From Bigelowiella natans CCMP2755 (Eukaryota; Protista; Cercozoa), in assembly GCA_000320545.1 (NCBI GenBank), contig ADNK01000314.1:52951-116950 (forward strand): DNA of 64,000 nucleotides, in the 5' to 3' direction. The translations under genes and the position numbers were made by a program. Position 1 is the first letter of the stretch. Each line of letters opens with the position of its first letter. Below are positions 14,746 to 25,208 of this stretch, piece after piece. The notes beneath the pieces are model-generated. The model ran no database searches, was not told the DNA's origin, and saw only the letters and a list, made by a program, of their open reading frames with translations.

Positions 14746-16451
14746 CTGACATTGGGATAGAAATGATATTGCTTTTTCTGTAACAATTTACCTGCAAGGA
14801 AGCTCCACCGATAGAACAAACGTCATGCCACTCCAATGCAAGCAAAATCACATAGCTGTTGCGTGAGGAGATGGAGCAGCAGCATCAGCAGCACAGCAGC
14901 AGCAGCAGCACAAAACAATAATAGCCCATCAAAACTGTACCAAAATTGTCTCCAGCAGATTCTCCGTCAGTAATGGCGTTTGGCATTGATGAAGGTTTCT
15001 CTCTCATTGATGACTTCATCATCAAAAATACGGCGTATTTTGTGTGTCAACGTGTCTATGTGTGTGCGCGCGTGTGTGCGTGTTTGTGTTTATATGTGTC
15101 AGCGGAGACCTTACGTATACTGGTATATTTATCATCCACATCATGTTCGTCGCCTGCATAAAACAACAACAACAACAACAACAACACAGGACGGGACACG
15201 GAAGGGGGAGGGAGGGGGAGAGGAAGACCCGCCGTGTGCGTGTGTGGGGGCTGCGATCCCTACGGTACTACTACGCAACAGCCCCATAAATAGAGGTCAT
15301 CAGAGCTATGCTCATCCTGGACATATGCCTGCATGGTTCTTCAATCTTAGGGAGCTGCTTATGATCATCGTCTATCCTCTCGAGCGATCACACGCACCTG
15401 GGCGATGCCCAAGAGGAATGGAACGATGAGAGCCGGCACGAGTTTCTAACGAGTCAACGGATGAGTTGGTTCTGTCCGGAGGACAAGTCAGGAGGGGGGG
15501 GGGGAGCAGTAGGTGTACTACTACTTTCGGGCAGATGTCTTCAATGATGCTGCATTTCCGGCCGGTCTTGAGGTAGTAAATGTCCTGGATCCCCCCCTAT
15601 TTTGCGTGTGTGTGTGTGTGTGTGTGTGTATGTAGTGCCTTGGTGAATATCTCGGCACCTCCCCTTCCCTTCCCTTACGCTCTCTTGACAAAGCAGGGTA
15701 GCTAGTAATGTCAGCAGGGTAGGGCAGGACGTGCCTCTATTTCGGTGAACAAGGCGCTTTTGAGGCGGGTTTGCAGGTTGTCAAGACGGTGCTGTGTTAT
15801 GAGAAGATTGGGAGGAGGAGGAGGAGGAGGAGGAGATGAGAAGATGAGAGGGGGGGGGGGGGGTGTCATGATTAGTCAAAAAAGTTGTTGAACAGCTGTT
15901 TTTTTATCCAAATCTTCTTCTTCGTCGTCGCCATTCGTGCATCACAATGGGGGCGGGCGTCGTGTGCTCTTTCAATCACCATGGAGGACCTTGATGATGA
16001 CTCGAAACTGCTTTGCTTGCATGTACCGCTGCGATGCTTCGTACAGCATGGTTTTGCCTCTGTGCAAGTAAGAACAACAACAACAACAATATTAATGATT
16101 ATGATAATAATGATAGAGATTGATTCCTATGCAACCCACACATACATACACACAGAATAAGCAAGTGTTAGATAAATATATTTATCTTTTGATATCCAAG
16201 CATTGAGCGATGTAGCATCGTGGATCACATTGCACTCCTTCTTACTTCTCAAGTGCGCTCCTAGCTCTATCCCCAATCTTCCGTAAGAGGCATTACACGT
16301 GAGTATCAGTACACCGCCAGTAATCAAGAATCAGTTCATCGCCAGTAAGCAAGAATCGTAATGTATGTTGGGGAATGGGGGGGGGTACATAGAATATCCG
16401 CGCTGCTCTCCTTTCGATCTCCACAAACGCTATAGTACAACTACTACTACT

Positions 16452-16519
<68 letters not shown>

Positions 16520-16953
16520 AACGACGGCAACGACGGCAACTTCTCTCCCATTGCTAATGAAAGCTGGGAGGGGGGTGGGAGAGGGAGGGGGGGCAGCGCA
16601 TCGATCCATCGATCTTTCCTACAAGTTTTCCACTACCGGCTTTGAAGAATCTTGGAAGTCATCCCAAGCATCTTTTGCCTTACATATGGTATATTATTAT
16701 ATTAAAAAAGATATAGGTGGTGAGATTTCAACCAGCATCTCCCTCCCATCAGCCTGACCTCCGCCTCCTACTTACTACTCCGCTACAAAACTACAGCAAC
16801 AACTAGTACAACTGCTATGGTTCATTATGTACGTCGTCCACGCCTACCCTATTTCCGACATCGTCGAGTTTCTTCCTCACCTATGCAGAAGTAATAAAAA
16901 CTTGGGGTAGTAGTAGTATAAGTAGTAGCTTCCACACATGCAGGCGCTGCAGA

Positions 16954-16992
<39 letters not shown>

Positions 16993-17240
16993 ATAAAAGT
17001 GTGGGTTGATGATGATGGTAGGAGCTTCTATGGTTGAAGCAATTTACATTCAGACGACAACTAACTGCAACCTTATCGGTTATCTCGGTAACGATTTCCT
17101 TGGCATGTTCAGGGTCTGCAAGCAAATGGTGATGAGAGGGAAGAGGGAGGGGGGGGGTTGATGGGAGGATGATGATGATAAAATCGGCAGCTATGCACTA
17201 ATGACTACTGCTCATGAGTAAATGCGTCTGTAGACTTTCA

Positions 17241-17276
<36 letters not shown>

Positions 17277-18039
17277 TCTCCTTCTCTCTCTCCCTTACGA
17301 GCAGCCAATCGTTTCACGATCTCCGCACCAGTCACTACAAATTGAGCTGATAATAGATGCAGCACAACCAAAAATCACTGGCACCATCATCATCATAATC
17401 ATCATCCTCATCATCCTCATCGACGTTGTTGTGCACGCTTACTCACTCACTCACTCACCCAATCACTTACCCACCTGCTTCACCTCCAGACCTCGAGGCT
17501 CTCTCTTTGAGAGCTTTGATCATACGTCCAAACTTCTCCTCCTGAGGAGAGATAGTATTACCATCAGCGAAAACAGCCAACATTATCATCACCCATCAGG
17601 AGGAGGAGCAAACTCAAAACAGTGAGCGACAAGAGAGATCCTGCACATAGTGCTGCATAGACCCCGTCTATGTAATTGAACAACATCAGCAGCATTTCGA
17701 CTGGCCATAGGAAACCACAAACAAAACTGGGGGGGGCATCATAGCCATACCTCCTCAGGGGTTATTTGGAGTGCTGTTTTGAGCTCATGCCCTATAGATA
17801 GTCGTTACACTACATTAGCAAACCTAACTTCTCTCCACCCCCCCCCCCCCCGTGCATATTTACTTTCCATATGAGTCTCAGTCTCTCGTCGTTTATTATC
17901 ATCATCATCATCATCCAACCTGTGATAGCCAGCAGCTCCATTACTTCCTTACGCCTCTCGGAGTTGAGCCCCGCTTTCTCGGCTGCAGATGTGTGTGTGT
18001 GTGTGTGTGTGCGCGAGCGAGAGATTGAGAGAGAAGGAG

Positions 18040-18080
<41 letters not shown>

Positions 18081-20120
18081 ATTACTAAAAAAATCAGGCA
18101 TAACATGCATACAGAAGGGGGGAAGAGTCTGGCGACTCTGTAGTTAGTTAGTTATAGTAGTTGTGAGATAGACAAAATGGCTGGTCGCCTTCTACTCTTT
18201 CAATGCGATTTGTTTACAACATCCGCTACGACTAGTATCATCACCACTACTGGCACTGTTATCACCATCATCACATACATCTGTATCAATCAGCAAGCTT
18301 TTTACACACTGCTCGCTAAACCGACACGACTGCTCATTCACCGACCTAGGCTTTCGAGATGATGCTTCATAGAACACACCTCAGCCTTTAGCACAAGGAG
18401 AAAGTGCGTGAGAGGTGGAAAGAGGGGTGAGGGAGACGAGGAGGAGGAGGAGGAGGAGGAGGAGGAGGAGGAGGCACAGCAAACACCCACACCAGGAACC
18501 ATCAAAAGAATGTGATACAAACGTAAGAAAGAAAAGAAAAAGAATGCAACGTCTATCATTATAATCATCATCGTCATCATCAGCATCATCAAGATGATAT
18601 TTCCTCTCTCCTTGCGTCTTTCATCTTCGCCATCGTTGAACTCTATTAAATTACCCTGATCACTGTTGGGTCTGTCGCAGCCTTCAATCTGGCCTTGATT
18701 TCTGCTAGTTTTTCACTAATACCTGCGTTTAGCCACATAAGCACCACCGCCACCGCCACCACCACAATCATCATCAGCGGCAGCAGCCTAAGTACACGTG
18801 TCATTTCCTAATCGTCATCGTTATCAATCAAATGCTAGCATAATGGTGCTCCTCCTCCTAATACGCTTCATCAACAACCTTGTCCATGTCCAAAATTTTT
18901 GACCTTCTCTGATTGAGGGAGCACCATTGTTGATGAGGGGTTTTACTTCGTAGGAAAGCTCAGGTGCGTGCGCGTGCATGAATGGCAGGTAGATCGAATC
19001 GAGGGTATATATGGAGCCAAATATGAGGGGCTTTAGATTGTGAGGCGCATGCATAACTTGCGTGTTATAATCTTTAAATCCATCACCTTGCATTCTCTGC
19101 AGCATCTTGATCACCTTTTTTGCCTCCTCTTGTGCCTAGTGTGGGAAGACTATTCATCGAGTACAATCGAGGAGGACAATGGGCGCTTTGTAAATAAGAC
19201 ATAGATTGCCTTCAAATGAGCTCGTTTCCCGACTCGTTTCGACTTCTCCCAGACCTGATGAGAAACATGAAAAGTGTCAGGAACGTAAAGAACGTGTCGC
19301 ACACACTTACTCACTAATCCGCATAAGCATGTTCTAAAGAAAATGTAATATATCGACGTATTCATAATGCCTACCGGTATTACTATTAAATATGTTTTTG
19401 AGTTTGTGCCTAATAAGCAATGCATATAATCACAGAGGAAGGGAGGGGAGCTAAGAGTAAGTAAGAAAGGGGCACGCTGTAACCTGCTTTGCTTTCTTCC
19501 TGATTTTGTTAGCTTTCTCATCCAAGGTTTTTCTATCGTTGTTGTCTCTTATGTGATTACTCTCTGTAGGCATATCATCCCCAAGTCTATCATTGTCTTT
19601 TTTGCTGTGATTTTTGCCTACCAGCTGACAAGAAGAACAAAATGGTTGGGAAGAAAAAATGATGAAGAAGAAGCAATTTCTAGATCGATCAGGTGTCATC
19701 TCTCAACAGATTAGTGACGAATTTGAACATTGGAGAATGGCTGTCGAACGAAAATTCTGTTTTGACCTACCCCGTCGTCGTCGGTATCTTCCTCGCACTG
19801 TCCTTTCTGCTCTTTTTCATCATTAAATTTCACAACACCCATCTCTACATCGCCCGGCTGCTGCTGCTGCTGCTGCTTGTGGTGGTGACGTTCCGAGTCA
19901 TCTTCTTTCTCATGGTGGTTCTGATTGAAAATATGCGTAACTTGGTCAGCCATGCTCATTATATTAAAGTCGATCCTCCTCCCCTCCTCCTCTTTCTTAC
20001 CATCCTCTCCGTGAAGCTCGCTGGCTTGCCTCCTCCCCAAAGCACCGAGGTGTCTGTGCTCCAGCCCGCTACCTCTCTTGGTTTTTCGTCATAACCAATG
20101 TTATTTTCCGCCTGCGACAT
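10545..20120 (-). CDS. Orphan protein with many short exons: acidic/coiled-coil N-half, several hydrophobic (TM-like) segments in C-half
   Basis: ATG at 20120 (MSQAENNIGYDEKPRE|gtag). Chain of short AG/GT-flanked exons, e.g. EEKFGRMIKALKERAS, DPEHAKEIVTEITDK, HRLDNLQTRLKSALFTEIE, TECDRCVGLRLYALMIFISSV, LLSMVPLFITAHVIRYFITFLFRLLMGLWKF, IHCYCVPEDTVMKVLEFVLDNVIFRPGLHE. Last exon is in ORF 10545..10796. Not all phases verified. Confidence 0.55.
16437..16541 (+). repeat. Intronic compound trinucleotide repeat (CTA)n(CGA)n(CAA/CGG)
   Basis: Directly visible; one of many intronic microsatellites (AT, GA, CA, CAT, CTA, GAA, poly-C/G). Confidence 0.9.
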
Positions 20121-20692
20121 AGTCTAACTTCCTATGCAACCGAAAACGCCATGTTAGCAGCTTTCCCCTCACTCTTCAGAACCGCTTGGCTTCCTGTGAT
20201 CCGTCTTGCCAAATCCAATAATTTTGCTTAGTTATTGCGTGGGGATTTATCGGTACCTATTTTGAAGCGGTTTTCCCTCTGCGACAACATGAGGACCTCC
20301 GTTGCACTAACTCCAGACGGCCGTCTCACGTTTGGTTGCCGAGAGGAGGAGGAGGATTGGGACCGTGCATATTCCAATTCCACCAATGGAGGAGGGCCGT
20401 CGAAGCCCACTTGCTGCTGCTGCTTTCAACATCGTGTTCCCACAAACTCATTCAGTTGTCCGCCCCACCCAGACCTATTATAAAGTGATATTCTCCTCAC
20501 AATTCGGACTCGAATTTCGTCGGTGAAGAAGCGAACTGAACGGCAACGACAAGCTTCGGTACACCCAACAGACGTGGAGAAGCGAACGTGTTCCTAGCAC
20601 CTTCGTTCCTAGTATCGATTCTACTTTATTTCTTCCCATTTTGTCAGGCTTAGAAGGGGGGGATAAATCTAGAAAGTTCCAGTTCTAGCATT

Positions 20693-20733
<41 letters not shown>

Positions 20734-20845
20734 GTGTGTGTAAAGTTCCTTATAAGCCTCTTCAGCGTTAACACCATCCTCATTCGTCTTTCTTGTTGCT
20801 CTTAATTCTATCGAATACTAGTACTTTTTCGACACCGCGTTTCCG

Positions 20846-23800
20846 ATGAGGCGGCAACAGAATCATAAGCAGCACGGGGTTTGCGACTTGACATCACAGA
20901 GTTCGCATATGGCACAACAAGCGGCTGATTGCGATCTTACGAGAGAAGATGGGACTCGCATACGTGTGGAAGTCGTGGGGAAAAGTTGCCTGCGAGTGCA
21001 AGTGCTTCGACCCCGCGACAGCGGCAATTGCCAGTTGTTTACGTCGACACTATGCGTATCGTGCGATGTTCAGTCCCACCGATCCCCCCGGCGTATTGCA
21101 GAGATGCTGCGGCTGGGGTTCGAAGGTAAGACCGAGGTACTACGGCTCTCGATGAAGTACCATGAGGAGGATAGCTCCCTGTGTGGTGAATCCCATGATC
21201 TTAGTCAACAGCAGCTACAGCAATGTCATCGTCATCCCTTTTGCAGACTCGAGCTACGCTATAGAACCAGGTTTGATGATGAGCTCATTTCTATTCTTCT
21301 CCCATGCGTAGTACCCAGTCCGGAAAAGGACTGGGGAATAGGGAATGATGACGGGTTTTCAGCATCCTCAACGAACATCAAAACAGCTGTCAATCCTACA
21401 TGGGTGGAAACTGCATCTCATGAGGACCGCAGCAACGGCAAGGCTGTCGAAAAGAAGGCTGTAATGATAGATGCAAAGAGCAGGACTCCGTGTACAAAAA
21501 GCGGTGACGGCGTAGATGATGGAATTAAGCGTGCGAAGGGAAAGGACCGTATGGATTCGCTACAAAAGGAGGAGGAGAGAAAGGAAGAAGGAGAGGGGGG
21601 GATACTCACTGAGTCAATGAAAGAGAAGAGGCCACAGTATGCAGAAGAGGAGGGAATGGAGGGAGGGCTACGGAGAACATTGCCAAAATGTACAGACAGA
21701 CCTGCAGAGATCGGGGAGGAAGAAGACAGAGCAACCAGCAATGAAAGAAAGTTGGGGAAGACGAAGCCAAATGATGAAGAAAATGTGCAGGAGCCAAGGG
21801 AAGAAAATAGAGAGGAAAATGAAGAAACCACGGGAGAAGCAGGAGCGACGCAACAAGATTTTCGCTTGAATGAGGACCCTGTGGTTTTAGATAAGAAGAA
21901 GAAGAAGACAGATAAAACGGGCGCAGAAGATGTGAAGAATCCCGGCACCATAGCAGCGGAGGCATCATCCAGAAGATGGGAAGCGAGCGAGGGAAGGGCG
22001 GGGGGGCAGGCTCAGCAGTCGCTCAAAATACCTCCTGGGAAGAAACCAAACCAAACTGTCCAGGCAGGAGAAAATCCAGCAGATGAAGCAGATCCCATAA
22101 GAGTGCTGCCGACAACGAAGAAGAATAAGAAGAAGAAGAAGGGGAAGAGGAAGAAAAAGAATAAGGCAAGAAGCAATAACCAGCAACCAACTGCTGAAAA
22201 GCCAACAGTGAGATTATCATCAACATCCCGAACACCTGCTCTGAAGCCCTTCTCGAGGTCGTTAGTGATCTCCAAGTACTTTAAAGAAAATGCTTGCGAA
22301 TTGGCCCAGTGGACGCGAGAGGAACCCAAGAACGGCATCAATAGCTTTGCTGTCGAAGGAAAAGGAGGAGGAGGAGGAGGAGGGGAGAGTAGAAGAAGAA
22401 GAGCACACGGCAGTAACAAAGTTAAAGAAGAAGATGAAGGTGATGACGATGAAGACGGAAATTTGGAAGAAGATCATAGTCACTGTGGGGAAGATGGTAG
22501 TAGAAGACGACACCACCCAGAATCCCACGAGAGAGTAGTAGTAGAAGAAGAAAGAGAGCAGAGCAAAAACAGGAAGAAAAGGAAGAAAGATGAGAAAATT
22601 GACAAATCCTTTGCCTTGGATCCCCCCCCTCCTCCTCGTCCTTCTTCATCTTCTTCTTCTCTTCATCATCCGAGCTGCTCCTCCTCCTCCACCACCACCA
22701 CCACTTCGTCTTCTCCTATGATAGGAATTGTAGCAAAGCGTAAGTTCCAGGCAGGGGAGACTGTACTCGCCCCCTCTGCCCTGGCCACCATACCAACGAA
22801 GGACTGCAAAACCGAGATTTGTCACAGCTGTCTCAAATTCTCCCCCCGCATGCTCTTTCGATGTGAAGGCTGCAACTACGCGCGTTTTTGCTCAACGCAA
22901 TGTATGGTGGCGAGCCGCCGTGAGCACAACGAGGAATGCGCTGCCCTTCGTTGCCTCATGAACTGCGGCCTCATCACAAGAGGAGGCGAGGAGGTCGGCG
23001 AGCAGCCTTGTGTCGACGGAAAGAAAGGGGGAGGAGGGAATGTCGATGAGGAGATCTTGGTGATGCTAGTGAAGATTCTAGCTGTGAGAAAGGTCCAGGA
23101 GTCTCGAAAGAATCTAAGAGTGTACGGTGAGCGGAAGTCAGGAGGTGGTGGGGGTGGCTACAGAAAGATCTGCCTCAGCACTGCAAAAGGCGCCCAAGTT
23201 GAGGAATTTTTCGAGCTGGCCGTGTCTGATTCCATCGACGAAAAGGGCAACAACAATGCTGCTGCTGGTGCTGCTGGGGCTGCTAGGGATGATAAGCTTA
23301 GGGCTGAACAACGCTTCTATACATCGCTGTGTGCATATGTCGAGGGCTATTTGCTTCCCATTCTCTCTAAGACAGACCTTGCATCGAACGAGGACTCTGC
23401 TGAGTTCCTAGCCAAGATGATCCTGCGCGTGCAAAAGTACATGCTTAGTGTCACGCTTCCTGACGGGGAGGAAAGCGGTGCCAAGAGTATTGTCAATGTT
23501 TTGCCGTATCTCACACACGACTGCGACCCAAACTGCCACCTCTCTTTCTGCGAAGCTACCGCGGGAGCGGGAGGGGGGGCACGGTGTGGCATTCAGTTGG
23601 TGGCTTTGCGCGAGATTTGTGAGTTGGAGCCTTTGACGGTCTCCTTTGTCGACGTCACACGTGTTCGAAAAACAAGGGAGGAGCATCTAGCAAAGGTAAC
23701 TCATGCGGTGAACACCCTAGTTCCGTGCACTTGCTCAAGGTGCCAGCGAGAAATGGCGGTGGCTGCTACAGGCTGCGCATCATCAAAAAGACATGTCGGA

Positions 23801-24505
23801 AAAAACGCTGGGAAATCGGATTGCAGCAACATTAGCAGCGGTTCTCACCTATCCGGAGGCGAAGTATCGGAGGCCATGGAAGCATGCATATCGATGGTGC
23901 AGCAGGGCGACATAGAACAGGCTATTCTCCAACTAGAATCGAGGCTATTTGATGCTGCCGACGCTTCCCTCTCCTACTCCTCCATTCCCTTACTTGAAAA
24001 CCAGCTTCAGCAGAGTACCGATATCAGCACCTATTATCGGCTCGGTAGTAGTGGAAATAGTGGCAACAGCAGCGGAGTTTCATCCTCGCCAACCTCTTCA
24101 GAAAGCGAAGCAATGCTAGATGCACGCTTGCTTTACTTAACGCTATGCAAATCTAGCGATGTTGGGCGGGTCGTGCGAATACGGAAGGCCGCAATGGGGC
24201 TTATCTCACTGCTCGAGGCAAGAAAAACCCCCATGTGCCCCCGGCTCGCGTCAACATACTTAGAGCTCGGGGAATCTCTAGTTGCTTGTGAGGAGAAGAA
24301 CGACAAGAATGAGGACGATTACATGCAACGTCGCCGGGTCGGCTTGATGATGCTGCAAAGAGCACTCAACATGAGGTTGCTTATGTTTGGCTCGTCACAT
24401 CCCTCAACCAAGGTCATAAAGAAAAGACTGGTGGCTCTTTTCGGGGCAAAGAAGAGTCATAACAAGAAGAGAAAATCGCGAGCCAAAAGGTCGAATCATC
24501 GTTGA
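20846..24505 (+). CDS. SMYD-type SET + MYND zinc-finger protein with long disordered N-terminus and TPR-like C-terminus; single exon
   Basis: 1219-aa uninterrupted ORF. SET-N IGIVAKRKFQAGETVL; MYND CHSC..CEGC...FCSTQC..H..EC; SET-C LTHDCDPNC..LVALREI..EPLTVSFVD; post-SET CTCSRC; C-terminal LQRALNMRLLMFGSSHPST as in SMYD proteins. Confidence 0.85.
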   Translation: MRRQQNHKQHGVCDLTSQSSHMAQQAADCDLTREDGTRIRVEVVGKSCLRVQVLRPRDSGNCQLFTSTLCVSCDVQSHRSPRRIAEMLRLGFEGKTEVLRLSMKYHEEDSSLCGESHDLSQQQLQQCHRHPFCRLELRYRTRFDDELISILLPCVVPSPEKDWGIGNDDGFSASSTNIKTAVNPTWVETASHEDRSNGKAVEKKAVMIDAKSRTPCTKSGDGVDDGIKRAKGKDRMDSLQKEEERKEEGEGGILTESMKEKRPQYAEEEGMEGGLRRTLPKCTDRPAEIGEEEDRATSNERKLGKTKPNDEENVQEPREENREENEETTGEAGATQQDFRLNEDPVVLDKKKKKTDKTGAEDVKNPGTIAAEASSRRWEASEGRAGGQAQQSLKIPPGKKPNQTVQAGENPADEADPIRVLPTTKKNKKKKKGKRKKKNKARSNNQQPTAEKPTVRLSSTSRTPALKPFSRSLVISKYFKENACELAQWTREEPKNGINSFAVEGKGGGGGGGESRRRRAHGSNKVKEEDEGDDDEDGNLEEDHSHCGEDGSRRRHHPESHERVVVEEEREQSKNRKKRKKDEKIDKSFALDPPPPPRPSSSSSSLHHPSCSSSSTTTTTSSSPMIGIVAKRKFQAGETVLAPSALATIPTKDCKTEICHSCLKFSPRMLFRCEGCNYARFCSTQCMVASRREHNEECAALRCLMNCGLITRGGEEVGEQPCVDGKKGGGGNVDEEILVMLVKILAVRKVQESRKNLRVYGERKSGGGGGGYRKICLSTAKGAQVEEFFELAVSDSIDEKGNNNAAAGAAGAARDDKLRAEQRFYTSLCAYVEGYLLPILSKTDLASNEDSAEFLAKMILRVQKYMLSVTLPDGEESGAKSIVNVLPYLTHDCDPNCHLSFCEATAGAGGGARCGIQLVALREICELEPLTVSFVDVTRVRKTREEHLAKVTHAVNTLVPCTCSRCQREMAVAATGCASSKRHVGKNAGKSDCSNISSGSHLSGGEVSEAMEACISMVQQGDIEQAILQLESRLFDAADASLSYSSIPLLENQLQQSTDISTYYRLGSSGNSGNSSGVSSSPTSSESEAMLDARLLYLTLCKSSDVGRVVRIRKAAMGLISLLEARKTPMCPRLASTYLELGESLVACEEKNDKNEDDYMQRRRVGLMMLQRALNMRLLMFGSSHPSTKVIKKRLVALFGAKKSHNKKRKSRAKRSNHR

Positions 24506-24506
24506 T

Positions 24507-24546
24507 AGAATTCATGTGAAGGTGTAAGAATTCATGTAAAGGTGTA
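24507..24546 (+). repeat. 20-bp tandem duplication immediately after the SMYD stop codon
   Basis: agaattcatgtgaaggtgta / agaattcatgtaaaggtgta (1 mismatch). Confidence 0.9.
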
Positions 24547-24965
24547 AGACGGATGTAATTAATCAATCGAATTTGTTCAATGGTCATCCTTATGTAGCTG
24601 TGCAATGCAGCGGCTACAGCGCTAATGTTGAATCTGTTGTTTTCCGCTATGATGTGTTTCATGCAATCAAATGCATGTAGTTTCGGTTTGGAGTGTCGCG
24701 CATTTTGCGCAACATTTCGTGTTTCTTTCTCATCACATGCCAATCTTTTCATTTCGCCGTCGCGCATCACCATGCTAGCATGGCAGTGAGCTGTTTCTCC
24801 AGCGGCGTTAATGTGTGACGTGCAGTTGGCAAGAAAGCAGGTGATCCACATCTTCGATGACGTTGCACACTTCGCATTGTGCTTCACCTGCAGTGCACAG
24901 TCCTTTTGAATAAGTTTGCGATGCACAAATTGTGGAGGTTACGTTGCATGATAGACACAGCAATA

Positions 24966-24999
<34 letters not shown>

Positions 25000-25208
25000 C
25001 ATACATAACTACAGATCGTATCATTTGCCAAAGAATCCGTCTTATATATATTACATATATATATGACTATCATTTGCCAAAATGCGAGGAGATGGGTAGC
25101 TAGCAACTCCAAATGACATGTGCACAAGCAGGACGCCTGCACATGCATGTATATCATTCGATTGTTCACGGCAGCATGCGTCATTACGGTTGTGGCGCAG
25201 TGATGCCG

